Of a stretch of 64,000 nucleotides of DNA, positions 1 to 12,560 are shown piece by piece. The stretch covers positions 206,958,001 to 207,022,000 of the forward strand of contig NC_058368.1 in assembly GCF_018350175.1 (NCBI RefSeq), written 5' to 3'. This stretch comes from Felis catus. Lineage: Eukaryota. The notes beneath the pieces are model-generated. The model was not told where the DNA came from. It did not search any database and saw only the letters and a program-made list of their open reading frames with translations. The first letter of the stretch is position 1; each line of letters begins with the position of its first letter. Made by a program: the position numbers and the translations under genes.

Positions 1-300
1 CTTTAATGACTTTTGCTCAAATCCAAAATAGTGAAACAATTCTCGACTTCCTCTTTCACAACGTTCTTACTCATTGCTCTCTCGTGGCATACACACCAGT
101 GTAGCACCCAGAAGTCTGGCCTCCAGAACTGGAAAACTAAAACCACACTCCCCTTGCATATATCTAAACATTCTCTCCCAGTCTCTCCAGAACACAATGC
201 CTTTTTTCCATTCTGCCTGGCTCTTCTTTAGTTTAGGTCCTCATCTTTCCTAACTGTGAGGATGTGGGCTCTAGGTTTCTAGACTCAATTCCTTTTGCCC

Positions 301-486
301 TAGTAGTTTTCATACTTTACTATCAACAGCACATGGGGTGCTTTATAAAAACAAGGATTTATAAGCTCCATTTACCAGTTAGACTGTGATTCAGTTCATT
401 TTGGATGCTGCTTGGGAACCTGATGGCTAATTTGTCTTTTAAAAATCTCCCCAGGTGATTTTGACCCATGCATTGAGAAACATTGC
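301..486. mobile_element. MER5-like hAT-Charlie non-autonomous DNA transposon remnant
   Basis: Degenerate MER5 blocks such as 'tttaaaaatctccccaggtgattttga' and terminal 'ttgagaaacattg'; recognised by eye. Confidence 0.55.
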
Positions 487-559
487 CAAATTCCTTGCCC
501 AGGAAATAACGAACTTTTTCCCCCCAGAGCACCTATTTAATTTTTGCAGCTTACAATAA

Positions 560-975
560 TGCATTGCATTCAGAGTAAAGATCTGTCTTCTCAGAATGAT
601 GCTCAAGGCTCTCTGTGCTTTAACACTTGCCCGTATCTCATACTAGTTTTCCAATACAGGGAAACTGCTTCTTATTCTATTTCACATACTCTTTACCTGG
701 CCTGAAACTTCTCTTTCTTCAAGGCCCAGGTCAAGTGACACTCTTGCCTGGTCTTTCCTGATTTGTCTAGTCTGGATTAGGAAAGATTAGGTACTTTCCT
801 TCAGTTGCACTCATGCACATTTCTACTGGTCTCAAAATATTTGGTCTGTTTAAGTCTCTGTCTTCTATACTAGTTTATGAGCTCCTGGGCAGTAGGGACT
901 ATTTATTGACTGTTTAAATAGAAGCATCTAGCATACAGCCTGGAAGCTACTCAGTGCTCAATAAATCAAATGAAA
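560..975 (+). mobile_element. L2 LINE 3' fragment (ancient)
   Basis: Ends in an L2-type tail 'tctagcatacagcctggaagctactcagtgctcaataaat'; 1-250 also looks L2-like. Confidence 0.55.
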
Positions 976-1064
976 ATTTTCAAAAATTAAAGTTAATTAA
1001 TCTGGTCCTCTTACGTTATGTCCTTATATGCTTAGAGAATTACAGAAAAGGAACACTGGCCATG

Positions 1065-1440
1065 GTCTATAGGCTAGATTATGCCAAGGTAACTATTTAA
1101 CTTCCAAATCTCAATAGCTTAACTCAGTAAAGGTTTAGTTTTTGTTCGTGTTACATATACAATGCAGGTTGGTTTAGGGTTTTTTGTTTTTTTGAGGTTT
1201 TTTGAGTTTTTGTTTTGTTTTGTTTTGTTTTTGTCTCATATGGCTACTCAAAAGCCCAAGCAGACAGGTGATGTGACATTTCAGCATAAGGCATCAAAGT
1301 TTACTTAGGAAGTTTCTTTTGACTATTTTAATATACATGACCCATGCCACTTTTTTTTCATGATCTATAAGCTAGAACTTGTGACACCTACTCATTAATA
1401 TTCAGTGAAGAGTAAATTTCTCTGCCACAAGACTTTATGT
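1065..1440 (-). mobile_element. Old MaLR (MLT1-type) LTR remnant
   Basis: 'ataggctagattatgccaaggtaac...ccaaatctcaatagcttaac...aaaggttta' resembles the reverse-complemented end of old MLT1 LTRs. Confidence 0.45.
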
Positions 1441-1834
1441 AAGGAATTTCAAATCTCCCTCTAACTGAGCCCACAATCTATTTGGAGCCATCTTTCTTGA
1501 CGTTGGCTGTCTGTATTGTTTACATACATTGAAGACTTAGAAATCAATAAATCAGAACTGTCTCAATTTGAAACTCTTCTAAATTATTTCATTTATGAAA
1601 GGTAATCAGGGAAGGAAAGAATAGTGTAATTATTAATTTCCTTTGGTTACATTTTTATTTAAAATAGATAGAATTAGTAAAACCTGCCAGCACTTTGTAT
1701 TCAGTTTTATATTTTTCATTTTTTATTCAAGCTAAGTTTACTGATCCTATTTTTTGTGTTTAATTTGTATGCCTTTATGTGATGAAGTATGAAATTTATA
1801 CCAAGCACATTCAGTCCCTCAATATAAGGATCTT

Positions 1835-2051
1835 GGGGGATGCCTGGGTGGCTCAGTAGGTTAAGCATCCAACTTCGGCTCAGGTCATAATCTCATGGTT
1901 CGTGAGTTCCAGCTCCATGTCGGGCTCTGTGCTGACAGCTCAGAGCCCAGAGCCTACTTCGGGTTATGTGTCTCCCTCTCTCTCTGCCCCTCCTCTGCTC
2001 ATTCTCTGTCTCTCTCCTTCAAAAACAAATAAACATTAAAAAATTTTTTTT
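1835..2051 (+). mobile_element. CanSINE (SINEC_Fc type)
   Basis: Head 'gggggatgcctgggtggctcag', (CT)n linker, AATAAA and A tail; TSD aatataaggatcttgg at 1821-1836 and 2052-2067. Confidence 0.95.
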
Positions 2052-2847
2052 AATATAAGGATCTTGGTGTTCTTTCAAATGTAGGTGGCCTTGGTAATTC
2101 TTAGGCCTAGCATTCTGGGAAAGACCAACACAAGTGGATGTAATTTTCTGCAAATGTAGGACATATTTCCTCAAAACATACTGTTTGACTAATTGTCATC
2201 TCTGTTATAACTCACAATATATTCGATAGCTTAATTTTATAGATATTTGGAGGAGTTGGGGTTTTTTAGTTATCAAGACTAATTTTCAATAAAATAGATT
2301 TAACTCCTTGTCTGTTAAAGTGTAACAGTTCCTGGGAGCTGAGGCAGGTGCAGCTAGCCTGCTGGTTTCACCCACCTCTTACTGATTAATCTACTGGTCA
2401 ATAACAGCACAAGATACCAAGTTTCAAGGAATGATGCAAACTGGTGCTAGCAGTTGTCAAAGGTGTTGATAAATGTTTTTTTCTGTCACCTAACTCTCCA
2501 CTGGTCTCTTCAATTCAAAGACATTTTGTCAGTTGGTAACAGCAGTGATTTAAAAATAAAAGAGTTGGGATGGCATTAACTTTAACTTATCAACTCAAAG
2601 TTGTGTCATCATTGTAAAGTCAACTGACCATTTTGAGCAGAAAATCAGACCAATTTTGTGGAAGTTAATGGTACTGATTGTCGTGGGTGTCCCATCCTTG
2701 CTGAATGAAATAATTATTTATAATCCATTCCAAATTACAATGGAAACTGAGGAACAACCCAGTGTGAGGGCTTAATGTATATTACCAGCAATCTACAATT
2801 GGAAGAGAAATATAGATTTGAACTGTTACTCTCCTAAAGACAAAATA

Positions 2848-3018
2848 GAGGTATTTGGGTGGCTTAGTCAGTTAAGTGTCAGACTTCAGCTCTTGTCATG
2901 ATCTCACAATTCGTGAGTTTGCCCCAAGTCAGGCTCTGTGCTGACTGACAGCTCAGGGCCCAAAGTCTGCTTTAGATTCTGTGTCTCCCTCTCTCTGTGC
3001 ACCTGCCTTGGTCGCTCA

Positions 3019-3062
<44 letters not shown>

Positions 3063-3098
3063 AATAAACATTAAAAAGAAAGAAAGAAAGAAAAAACA
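2848..3098 (+). mobile_element. CanSINE with expanded (CT)n tract
   Basis: Diverged tRNA-like head, long (CT)n at ~3022-3059, AATAAA and (AAAG)n tail. Confidence 0.9.
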
Positions 3099-4434
3099 AA
3101 GTATATTTATATTGCCCATCTTAGTGATTATACTTGGACTGTTTTACTTATTTATTTATTTTTTTTGAAAACCAAATGGGAAAAATTTAAGATCCGGAGT
3201 TAATGTGAAGAGAAATCAGAATCTTTCTTTTGACAGCATGGCAAGTCAAAAAATGTGGGCCCTTCTTCCTAATTTACGGCTACATTTAGGTCAGTGTTTT
3301 TAATTCCACTGTAGTGTTTTCTGAAATGTAAGTTTTCCTAAAAGGGAAGCTCTGTGATCAAGTAAGTGTGAGTCACATTGCACATTCCATCTAGGGAGAC
3401 TTAATATACATTTTCATATTCAAGAAATATTAAAGGACTTTTTTGGTAAAGATCTACATTTAATTTTACTTAACCCAACAAACACACAGCTTTTCTTTTT
3501 TGTTTCATTACATTTATTAACATTTTCCAGAGCACAGGTTTCAAACGGCACTCCGCTATGTGCAGTGAATTATGTGTGTGTAAATAGTGAAAGAGGAATT
3601 AGCAGAAGGTCCGTCCTTCACCGGCTTTGGTCCTCATAGGTGAGAGGAATGCAGTGATGGACCACCTGTTGCGGTGAGTGATTAGATGTGGAAATGCAAT
3701 CAACATGTTCTTGGTTTCCATCATCTTTCCATCACTTGTATGACTCAGTTTATTTAAAAACTCATTTTATTGCTGTTTTTTTGAACTGTCACATGGAAGA
3801 TGTCCAGCTCATGCCTGATGCTCATATAGCAGAGTAGGAATATTGCACAGGGGGGTTGTTTAACTTGGCATCACAGAGTAAGTGACTGTCTGAGTTTGCA
3901 CATTTATGGCACTTATTACTTAGGACACAGGTGGTTGTCCTCAATATGAATGAGAACGTGAGCTGCTTCTCATTTCTTCAAAATGAACTGATCATAATGT
4001 TCTTTTGCAAAACTCCTTTTTTTTATTCATAGGAAGTATCATTTGAATCAGCTCTTATGTTCAGTATAGTCGTTTCCAGGGAGATACACTAGGATTCAAA
4101 TATTCATTAATGCAGCAGGGAGTATGTGTCTTTGGATGTATTCTTACTTTCTGACTGTGATTTTGATGTTGCTTTTAGGGAATAAAATTGAGTTACTCTT
4201 AATGTAGATGACTACCTCCTGGGTATGAATATGGGTAAATCAGTTTGATTAAGTCTATCCGACTTCAATATAGTAAATCCAAGGGAATGATTAAAATATC
4301 CTACATGGAACGAAACATTATACTTATGTCTAACCCATCAGAAAACAAAAGTGAAAACAAAAACCTCAAAAAGACTGTCAAGTCATTTTGGACACAAATC
4401 ATATTTAATAGAACGCTTTTGCCCTGAAGGATTC

Positions 4435-4785
4435 AGTTATAGACTGAATGTTTGTGTGTCCCTAAAATTCATATGTTGATATCCTAATCCCAAATGTGAT
4501 GTTATTAGGAGGTGGGTTTTTTTCGGAGATGATTAGGTTATAAGGGAAGAGGCTTCATGAAAAAGATTAGTGCCCTTATAAAATAGACCACAGTGAGCTT
4601 CCTTGCTCCTTCTGCCCATGAAGACACAGCTATGAACAAGAAAGCAGTTCCTCACCAGACATGAGATCTACTGGCATCTTTGATCTTGATCTTTCCAGTC
4701 CCACAACGATGAGAAATGAATTTATGTTATTTATAAGCCTCTGAGTCTATGGTACTCTATTATAGCAGCCCAAACAGCTAAGACA
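4435..4785 (+). mobile_element. MaLR solo LTR (MLT1A-like)
   Basis: Starts 'gttatagactgaatgtttgtgtgtccctaaaattcatatgttga', ends 'tatagcagcccaaacagctaagaca'; 5-bp flanks gattc/ggttc. Confidence 0.8.
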
Positions 4786-4823
4786 GGTTCTGAGTATTAC
4801 TTGAGTATAAAGAAGGAAAAGAT

Positions 4824-4925
4824 GTTTCAGATTCTGTGTCTCCTTCTCTCTAACCCTCCCCCGTTAATGCTGTGTCTCTCTCTGTCTCAAAAATAAATAA
4901 ACGTTAAAAAAAATTAAAAAAAAAT
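4824..4925 (+). mobile_element. 5'-truncated CanSINE
   Basis: Only the 3' half (from 'ttcagattctgtgtctcc') plus tail; TSD aaggaaaagat at 4813-4823 and 4926-4936. Confidence 0.85.
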
Positions 4926-5719
4926 AAGGAAAAGATCAGAGTGCTTTCACATTTCCACTAGTGACATCATAACAGATGCCATCCTTTTTCATGTGCAAGG
5001 GCATGCAATAATTATGATTATATTCATTAGTATGCTCACATCCTTGAGGGTAACCAACATGACTATTATTCTATACCCTGTAGATGTGCTTAGATATTAA
5101 AAAAAAATCTGCCAAAGGTGAACTGGGAATCAAGCATTTATAATTTAAGACCACCAGAAAAAGAGATTCTGTTTTGTTTTCTAAGAGAAAAGATGCAAAA
5201 AAAATTTCACCTGACTAGTCACCATAGGAAAGTTTTATCAGTTGCCTGGGTAATCTATTTCAAGGTTATCATATCAATCAAAATTTCATGGGTAAGGAAA
5301 AGAACAAGCAGTGAAAAGCTTGCTATTTTGGTACAGAAAAGAAGGATTTTTTTCTATTCTAAGAAGTGATTTATGGCCTGATAAATAGAGTATGGGAGCT
5401 TTATTGCTTCCATTTCCCATCTTCTGTGCATTTGGGGTAAACTTGCAAGCAATGCATACTGAAGAGCTTTTTACATTAGCTAATGTTCTGTTGACAACTA
5501 TTGTACAAAATGGCTGAGTTGAACTGCTTAGCCTGCTTCATAATAGCACATTTACTGCTCTCCAGCCATAACTTGGGGCTGCATCTTAAATTACTAAGAA
5601 CCTGGACAAGCAGTAGACAGAAATCAATCAAACTTCCTTGATTTGGAATTTTACTTGTATGGCTAATTCTTTGTGTTTTTATTTCTTGTTTGCTTGTTTA
5701 TTAACTTATTAATAACTTA

Positions 5720-6190
5720 CTTATTCATATAGTCATCCAATAAATATTTATGAATGGATTGTCTTATACTGACATTGTGTGCTAGGTTTTAAGGATCCAA
5801 TGAAGATAGCATCCTTGATCTCTAAGAGCTTCCACTTTAGTGAGGAGCAGAGAAATGTGTAGCTACCATGCCACATGGAAAGGGCTAGACTGCAGAAAGC
5901 ACAGGGATTACCCTGAGAAATTAACTCTGTTCAGACTAGGGGAATCAACAAAGGATTTTCAGAGGAGGTGAGGAAAACCCCAAGCAAGTTGGGAGAAAAG
6001 GTGGGGAAGGAGTGTGAGGTGAGAGAGAAGCAAATTGGAGGTGAGGAGAATAGTTAGGAGGCCGCTGTGGGAATCTAGGAAAGAAATGAGGAAGGCCTGA
6101 ACTGGAGAAGGGAATGGAAAGGCAAAGCTCCATTTGTCCTTGGTGACTGGGACATGGGATGGGGACAGTAATGACCAGGTTAGAGAGTAG
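5720..6190 (-). mobile_element. L2 LINE fragment
   Basis: 'tcatccaataaatatttatga...tgtgctaggttttaaggat' followed by a purine-rich body typical of antisense L2. Confidence 0.5.
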
Positions 6191-8051
6191 CAAGGTGCCT
6201 CTCAGGTTGCCATGCAGAACATGATTCCAAAATCCATTTAATTCATTCATTTGGGCCCCTGAAAATGGCTCCAAGGGTGTTAAGCTCTGTTATGGCTTCA
6301 AGTTTCTTACAGAGTCCTAACTAGAATGAATTAAACTAACTCAACTCTATAAGCTGATTCAGTTCCGTGCTTGGATTTATAAAAGTCCCAGGGAGATGGG
6401 TCACATACAGGACACAATGGTAGTGAAGATAAGTAGATGGTGAAACAATTATTTTAAAAATTGTCTTCAGCTAATTATAGAAAGTCTAGTGGAAGAATGT
6501 CTTTCCTTGCTTTGAAGATTAGAATTTCTATTACAAAAAATAATATATGGATGATCTAATTATTTGTACAACATTAAAATCTTCATCAAAGTTCTTTTAT
6601 TTGGGCTTCTAGAACTCCAGGTATAAAGAATACCATAGCATGTGGCCCCTCCACCAAGGAGGCTTCAGTTTTCACTGAGATAATAAAGGGTCAAAGAATT
6701 AGCAACAACTGACAGAACATCTAAGATCAGTACATCTCACTAGGGAATTTCTTGGTCTATTCTCAGGAGGTTTTAATTCATGACTTGGTAAAATTCTTTC
6801 TTTTATCAAAGCAGAAGGGGAATGAAAGATCACTGAATTTATTTTTAAACCAGAGGAAGCCTCCCATATCTGTTATCTTGTTTGAGTTTGCCTTTGCCTC
6901 CAAAATGGACATTATTATTATATTCTCACAGAAAATTACAGAACACAATATTATAGCCAGAATGTAACAGAAGTATAATAGTTACACGGAAATCTAACTG
7001 AAGGAGTTGAAAACAGTCATAGGATGTATGTGATAATATGGTGAAATTGGCAAAAAATAACAGCAGCAGAGAATATTCAAATATATCTTTAAAATGTGCA
7101 CTTATATTATGGCCTCTTTCTATTGGACAACTAATTAACAGCTGACTCCCACCCAACTGTCCATGAGGTGGTTTGCTTTCAGTAACTTATTTATTAAATC
7201 ATAAAATAAGACCATGGTAATGATGGGAACAGATTGTTCTAAGTCCCACAACATTCTACCCATGAAACTATCATTAACATTGCTCTGAAAAGTGATATGT
7301 AAGAGTTTCATGTCACTAGCTATCCTGCATTGCTAGTTATTTTGTTACATATTCTCTCATCTTCTACGGAAGTTTTATAACCAAAAAGACTTTATCTTTT
7401 AGTATATCTATATTGATTTAATGCCATGTATTTTATCCTTAATATTTGTTTCTTGATAAGCCAAGAAGAAAAATATTTAAATAGGTAGTTTTGATAATCA
7501 TAAACTCAATACATTTATTTTCACAAATGGGGGAACTGACACACAGAAAGATGTTCGATTCAAATTCATATTGCTAAAAGGGCTCTCTGCCATTAGATGA
7601 TAGGACTCCTGGAATCCACACCCCTCACTTTTCCCATCACTCCTGTTCTTCCCCTTTATTTCATACAAGAAGCCTATTTACTGTAGCTCTGATAAAACAT
7701 TACCAAGCTATATGTTGCTTTGAAACTAAAGTTTTTGTTTTGTTTGGCCTTTGACTGCAAAATGCTTAAGGCCAGATTGGCTTCATGGACATTTCTTTCT
7801 TATTATATTGTTCATGCACCAATATTCCATTAAGAAAAGTGTAAATGTATATGTAACCCTGTGCTCTGGCAAAGTCCCACGTGTTTCTCTGGTCTCTGTT
7901 TTCTTAATCAGTCTGCAATGTAGTGGTCCATCATCGCTACATTGCAATATGGTGGACTGTCATCAGAAGACTAAAGAGGAGGTCAAAGGTGAGCAAATCC
8001 AAAGGAGTCCATGTAAAAGGAAATGTGCACACATCTTATCTTGGAATTCTT

Positions 8052-8260
8052 TTTTTTAATTTTTATGTTAATTTATTTTTTGAGAGAGAGAGAGAGCAAG
8101 CCGGGGAGGGTCAGAGAGAGAGGGGGAGAGAGAAATCCCAAGCAGTCTCTGCACCATCCTGCAGAGCCCGATGTGGGGCCCAAACCCACAAACCATGAGA
8201 TCATGACCTGAGCTGAAACTAAGAGCTGGATGCTCAACCGAGTGACCCACCAGGCACCCC
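8052..8260 (-). mobile_element. CanSINE (older copy)
   Basis: Poly(T), (GA)n, ends 'caggcacccc'; flanked by atcttggaattctt at 8038-8051 and 8261-8274. Confidence 0.95.
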
Positions 8261-8274
8261 ATCTTGGAATTCTT

Positions 8275-8506
8275 TTTTTTTTTTTTTTTTAATTTTTTTT
8301 CAATGTTTTTTATTTATTTTTGGGACAGAGAGAGACAGAGCATGAACGGGGGAGGGGCAGAGAGAGAGGGAGACACAGAAGCAGAAACAGGCTCCAGGCT
8401 CCGAGCCATCAGCCCAGAGCCTGACGCGGGGCTCGAACTCACGGACTGCGAGATCGTGACCTGGCTGAAGTCGGACGCTTAACCGACTGCGCCAACCAGG
8501 CGCCCC
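8275..8506 (-). mobile_element. Young CanSINE (CpG-rich felid subfamily)
   Basis: Near-identical to the copies at 25856, 54171 and 62218; TSD cccatcttggaattctt at 8258-8274 and 8507-8523. Confidence 0.97.
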
Positions 8507-8949
8507 CCCATCTTGGAATTCTTAATAACCTATCCTTACTGGGCCTCTCCACGTTTACCTTATATTAGATATAAGGGACTCTTTGTTCCTTTTGGAACAA
8601 ATATTTTCATCATTTTTTTCTGTTCAATTCATATCCACTTTTCAGTAGCCTGCTCCCCACCCCTTCTTCATCCAATATGGTTATAACCATGAATGTCCTT
8701 ACTCCTTCCATTTCACACTCGAATCCAGCAATTTATATATGGTTTCACCTTGTCTACATGCTTTCCTGACTCATTCATCCACATTTATTTCTTCTAACTG
8801 TGAAATTCTTACCCACTTTTTTCCCCAGCACTGCATTCTGAGCCTTAAAACATTTATACCTGATACTAATGCCTGTTAACAACTAGTTTCTAAGGTCTTT
8901 GAAAACAGGTTTGTGCTTGCGTGTCATTTGGTTTCTCTTTAGATAGGCC

Positions 8950-9345
8950 TGGGATGTTAGGACTATTCATACATGGTTCTTCGCCTTTTGAGCGCCTGGT
9001 AGGATTGTACTTCGCCAATCTGTTGAAAGTTAAGCACAACCTTATGACTTCCTTTGGAAAACAGAATGTGAGAGAAGCAATATATATCACTTCTTGGCAT
9101 AGGTTTTAAGACCCAGTGTGTGGTTCACCTTATTTTCAACCCTTGCTATGATTACACGGCAGTGGATATGAAGATAGAATTTCCATCAGCTTGGACCCTT
9201 GAATGGCTACATTGGTAGAGTTTATTGTTGAAATTGGTGGATATGTAGTCTGAGTGAGAAATAAACAGTCCTTTTGATATGCCACTAAGATCTGGGCATT
9301 CTTTCTTTCTGCAGCATAACTTATGACATCCTATCTGATTAAGCA
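8950..9345 (+). mobile_element. Old MaLR LTR (MLT1H/I/J-like)
   Basis: 'gtgagaaataaac...gccactaagatctggg...gcagcataac...ctgattaagca' matches the 3' end architecture of old MLT1 LTRs. Confidence 0.6.
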
Positions 9346-10194
9346 TCTTAGATAAGTGTTATGCCTATAGTGGATATCCAATAAATATTTGTGAAGTGAA
9401 GAATTAAGAGAATTAATTAGACACTGTAATGTAATTAATTTTGGAAAAGTCTCAGTGACCACCAACAAGCATAACCAGGGATACCAATGAGAAAGTAAAA
9501 ACAGGCGAAAGATGATTTTTTGTGCTGACATACAAAATAAAGCTTAGCAAATTCCCTTAACTCTGATTGACCTCAGAAGTACTGAGAGAGGCCAGAACAG
9601 CCTGAAGTTGCAAATAATTGATGTCTCAATTCCTGGAATATTCATTTCTAAGGCCAGTTAAGAAATGGGGAGGAGGTAAGAAAGGAAAAGCTGGAAAGAT
9701 GGATGTTTTGTAGAGTTGGCTAATTGGGTCAGTGAACAAACTGAACAAGGATTAAAAAAATATTGGTTTTACTTTGAACCAGTGTGAAGTAGGCTTACCC
9801 ATTATACTTCTATGTATTATGTGCATTTTAATGCACATACGTATTATATGCAGAAACATGACAGAAAGCAAAGGAGGCAAGTCAGCATGTGTCTTATAAA
9901 AAGAACTGCTTTCAGAAAGATGACTGGACGAAAAAAAGTAAGATTTGGTTTTTCAGACAACTCATCCCAAATTCATATGTAGCACCATCATGACAAGTTT
10001 TGCCTTACTTTCAGCGATCTAAATTTGTATGTCTTTTTCAAATAAGCTCTGTGTGTTTGCATAAGGGCAAATCGTAGGGAAGTGCTAACAATGACATAAG
10101 ACACTGCAATATGTTTTCAGTTCTCTGCACGTTCATACAATATTATTCCAAAGCTATTGGTTGCCAACCTATTCAGTACCAAGTAGGGTTCTAA

Positions 10195-10350
10195 AGCAAT
10201 TCTTAAAATTTAATGTGTGTAATAATTAGGAGGGATCCTTGCTAAAATGCGGATTCATAACCAATGGGTGGAGACTAAGATTCTGCATCTCTAACAAATT
10301 CCAAAGTGATATCGATGAAACTGGTATGGACCACACTTTGAGAAGCAAGG
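10195..10350. mobile_element. MER5A-like DNA transposon remnant
   Basis: 'ttctgcatctctaacaaattccaaagtgat...ggaccacactttgagaagcaagg'. Confidence 0.65.
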
Positions 10351-11091
10351 TTGTAAGCAGAGCCTCTCAGGTCACCATTGGTGGCCATTGGTTTGAGAGG
10401 TCAGAGCTCACTGGAGCCAGTAGCCACTACCTGAGTGCCCTCATCAGGAGAACGTCAGAGGGGTGGACCACGTGGTCATCTCATGCAGTTTGCATGCAGT
10501 TTGCCACATCCAGCACTCACAAAATTTCCCCAACTCACTGAGCCTAGCCAAAGAGAAAATCTATGAGAACAGTTAGCTAAGAGCTCTTCTCTACTCATCA
10601 AGAACGTGGGACCTATTGAACTGATGGATGCGCGTTCGTGATATCCATGGAGAAAAATGTGCAGCTTAGCTAGCAGCCCATCAGGGCAGAGGAAGCAAAG
10701 AAACCCGGTGAGGACGCTAAAGGAGTAGAGCACCAAGTGGCACCATTGTATATTGTCCTCGCATATGGTAGATGTTTATGTTCACTTGCAACAGACGTGC
10801 CCTAGCCACAGCAGCCTGGTCAGCTGAGGGATGACTGCTTCAGTGATGCACATATATTCTGCAAATTAAGCTGCTTTGTTATTCTGAAATACTGCATGTG
10901 AAAAAGTTTGAGCATTCGCATTATAACAAGGTATCATATTATGTTTATTAATGAAAGTGAGAACAATCTGATAGCTACTATAAATGTATTTTGTTACAAG
11001 CTTTTATAGCCTTTTTTCTATCTTTTTTTGTAAAATAGTTTCTCATTAATGCTATTAAAAATGTGAAAATACCATCATTAAAAACTCATCA

Positions 11092-11311
11092 GGGGTGCCT
11101 GGGTGGCTCAGTGGTTGAGCGTCCGACTTCAGCTCAGGTCATGCTCTCACGGTTCCTGGGTTCGAGCCTCGTGTCTGGCTCTGTGCTGACAGCTCAGAGC
11201 CTGGAGCCTGCTTTGGATTCTGTGTCTCCCTCTCTCTCTCTGCCCCTCCCCCACTCATGCTCTGTCTCTTTCTCTGTCAAAAATAAATAAACATTAAAAA
11301 GTTAAAAAAAA
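11092..11311 (+). mobile_element. CanSINE
   Basis: Full head, CT linker and tail; TSD aaaa(a/c)ctcatcag. Confidence 0.95.
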
Positions 11312-11397
11312 AACCTCATCAGATGTTTTGCTTATTTTAAACACAAAGCTTAATATAAGGTAGTATGTTCATGAACTCCAGTTCATATTTCAAATAA

Positions 11398-11603
11398 TTT
11401 TTTTTTAATTTTAACATTAAAAAAATTGTTTTGAGAGAAAGAGAGGCACAAGTGGTGGAGAGGGGCAGAGGGAGAAAGACTCTTAAGCAAGTTTTATGCT
11501 CAGCATGGAGCCTGATGCAAGGCTTGATCCTATGATCCTGAGATCATGTTCTGACCAAAATCAAGTGTTGGATGCTCATCTCACTGAGCCACCCAGGTGC
11601 CCC
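11398..11603 (-). mobile_element. CanSINE (older)
   Basis: Ends 'ctgagccacccaggtgcccc'; short flanking repeat tcatatt; tail-to-tail with the 11092 SINE. Confidence 0.9.
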
Positions 11604-11839
11604 TCATATTAAAATTTTGTAAAAGTTTTATTTGAAAATATTACACAAGTTTAATATTTAATGTGATCCTTAGTATTTGTATCCTATTTGTGTTGTTATA
11701 ATTGTATGCTAAATATAATACTTTTTTCATTAAGCCCATGCCAAGTTACTAAATCCCTTTCCATTTTCCCAAAAGTGTGAATCAAATTTTATTATTTCTA
11801 TGCATCCTAAAATGACAAAAGATTAGAAAGCAACATCAT

Positions 11840-12330
11840 AGGGACTTTAGCAATGAATGAGACAAAATCCCTGTTTTCATAAAGCTCTCATTCTCATGGA
11901 AAGAAAGAAAATAAATGTATAAACAAGAAAAATATCATAGAGTTTTAATTGTTACAAAGAAATATAAAATAGGTTGTTTTATTAGGCAGTAATGGTGTGG
12001 CTTATTTCAATTTGTGATCATAAAAATCTCTCTTAGGAGGTAACACTTAAAGTGGGATCTGAAGACCAGGGAGAAGACAACCGTATGATAATCAAAGGGA
12101 TGGGTATTATGGAAGAGGGAATAGCCAGTTTTAAGACCTTGGGATAATATTTGGCTTGCCACAGGAAAAAAAAAAAAAGGTCAGTGTGGTTCCAACATTG
12201 TAAACAAGAGGGAAGCAGAAGAGATGAACTTGGAAAGATCGGCAGGGTCACATTATGGGGGGCCACAGTAAGGAACTTATTCTGAGCATGACAGGAAACT
12301 ATTGAGAGCTTTTCTTGGGGATGTGGCAAC
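11840..12330 (-). mobile_element. L2 LINE fragment
   Basis: 'gcaatgaatgagacaaaatccctgttttcataaagctctcattctcatgg' and later blocks typical of antisense L2. Confidence 0.55.
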
Positions 12331-12334
12331 ATAG

Positions 12335-12560
12335 AGTCAGTGTTAAATACATGGCCTCTGCAGTCAGCCTGCCTGGGTGCAGATCCCAGCTCTGCTATTT
12401 CCCAGCTATGTGATGTGGGTAAGTTGTTTTACTACTCGGTATCTCAGTTTCCTTACTGTAAAATATAGGTGACAATCGCAATGAAGTATGTAGGTTTATT
12501 GTGAGAATTAAATGAGTTATTATTTGTAGAGATGATAATAGCATAATATATTAAGAATAT
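12335..12560 (+). mobile_element. MIR SINE
   Basis: MIR core 'gcctgggtgcagatcccagctctgcta...ctcagtttccttactgtaaaat...gtgagaattaaatgag'. Confidence 0.75.

Noticed and set aside
3615..3680. Possible 34-nt micro-exon ending GCG|GTGAGT
   Set aside because: Weak pyrimidine tract and no corroborating evidence.
10360..10760. GC-richer block with several CpGs and a weak CTCF-like site
   Set aside because: Too short and CpG-poor for an island; may be an old LTR that I cannot assign.
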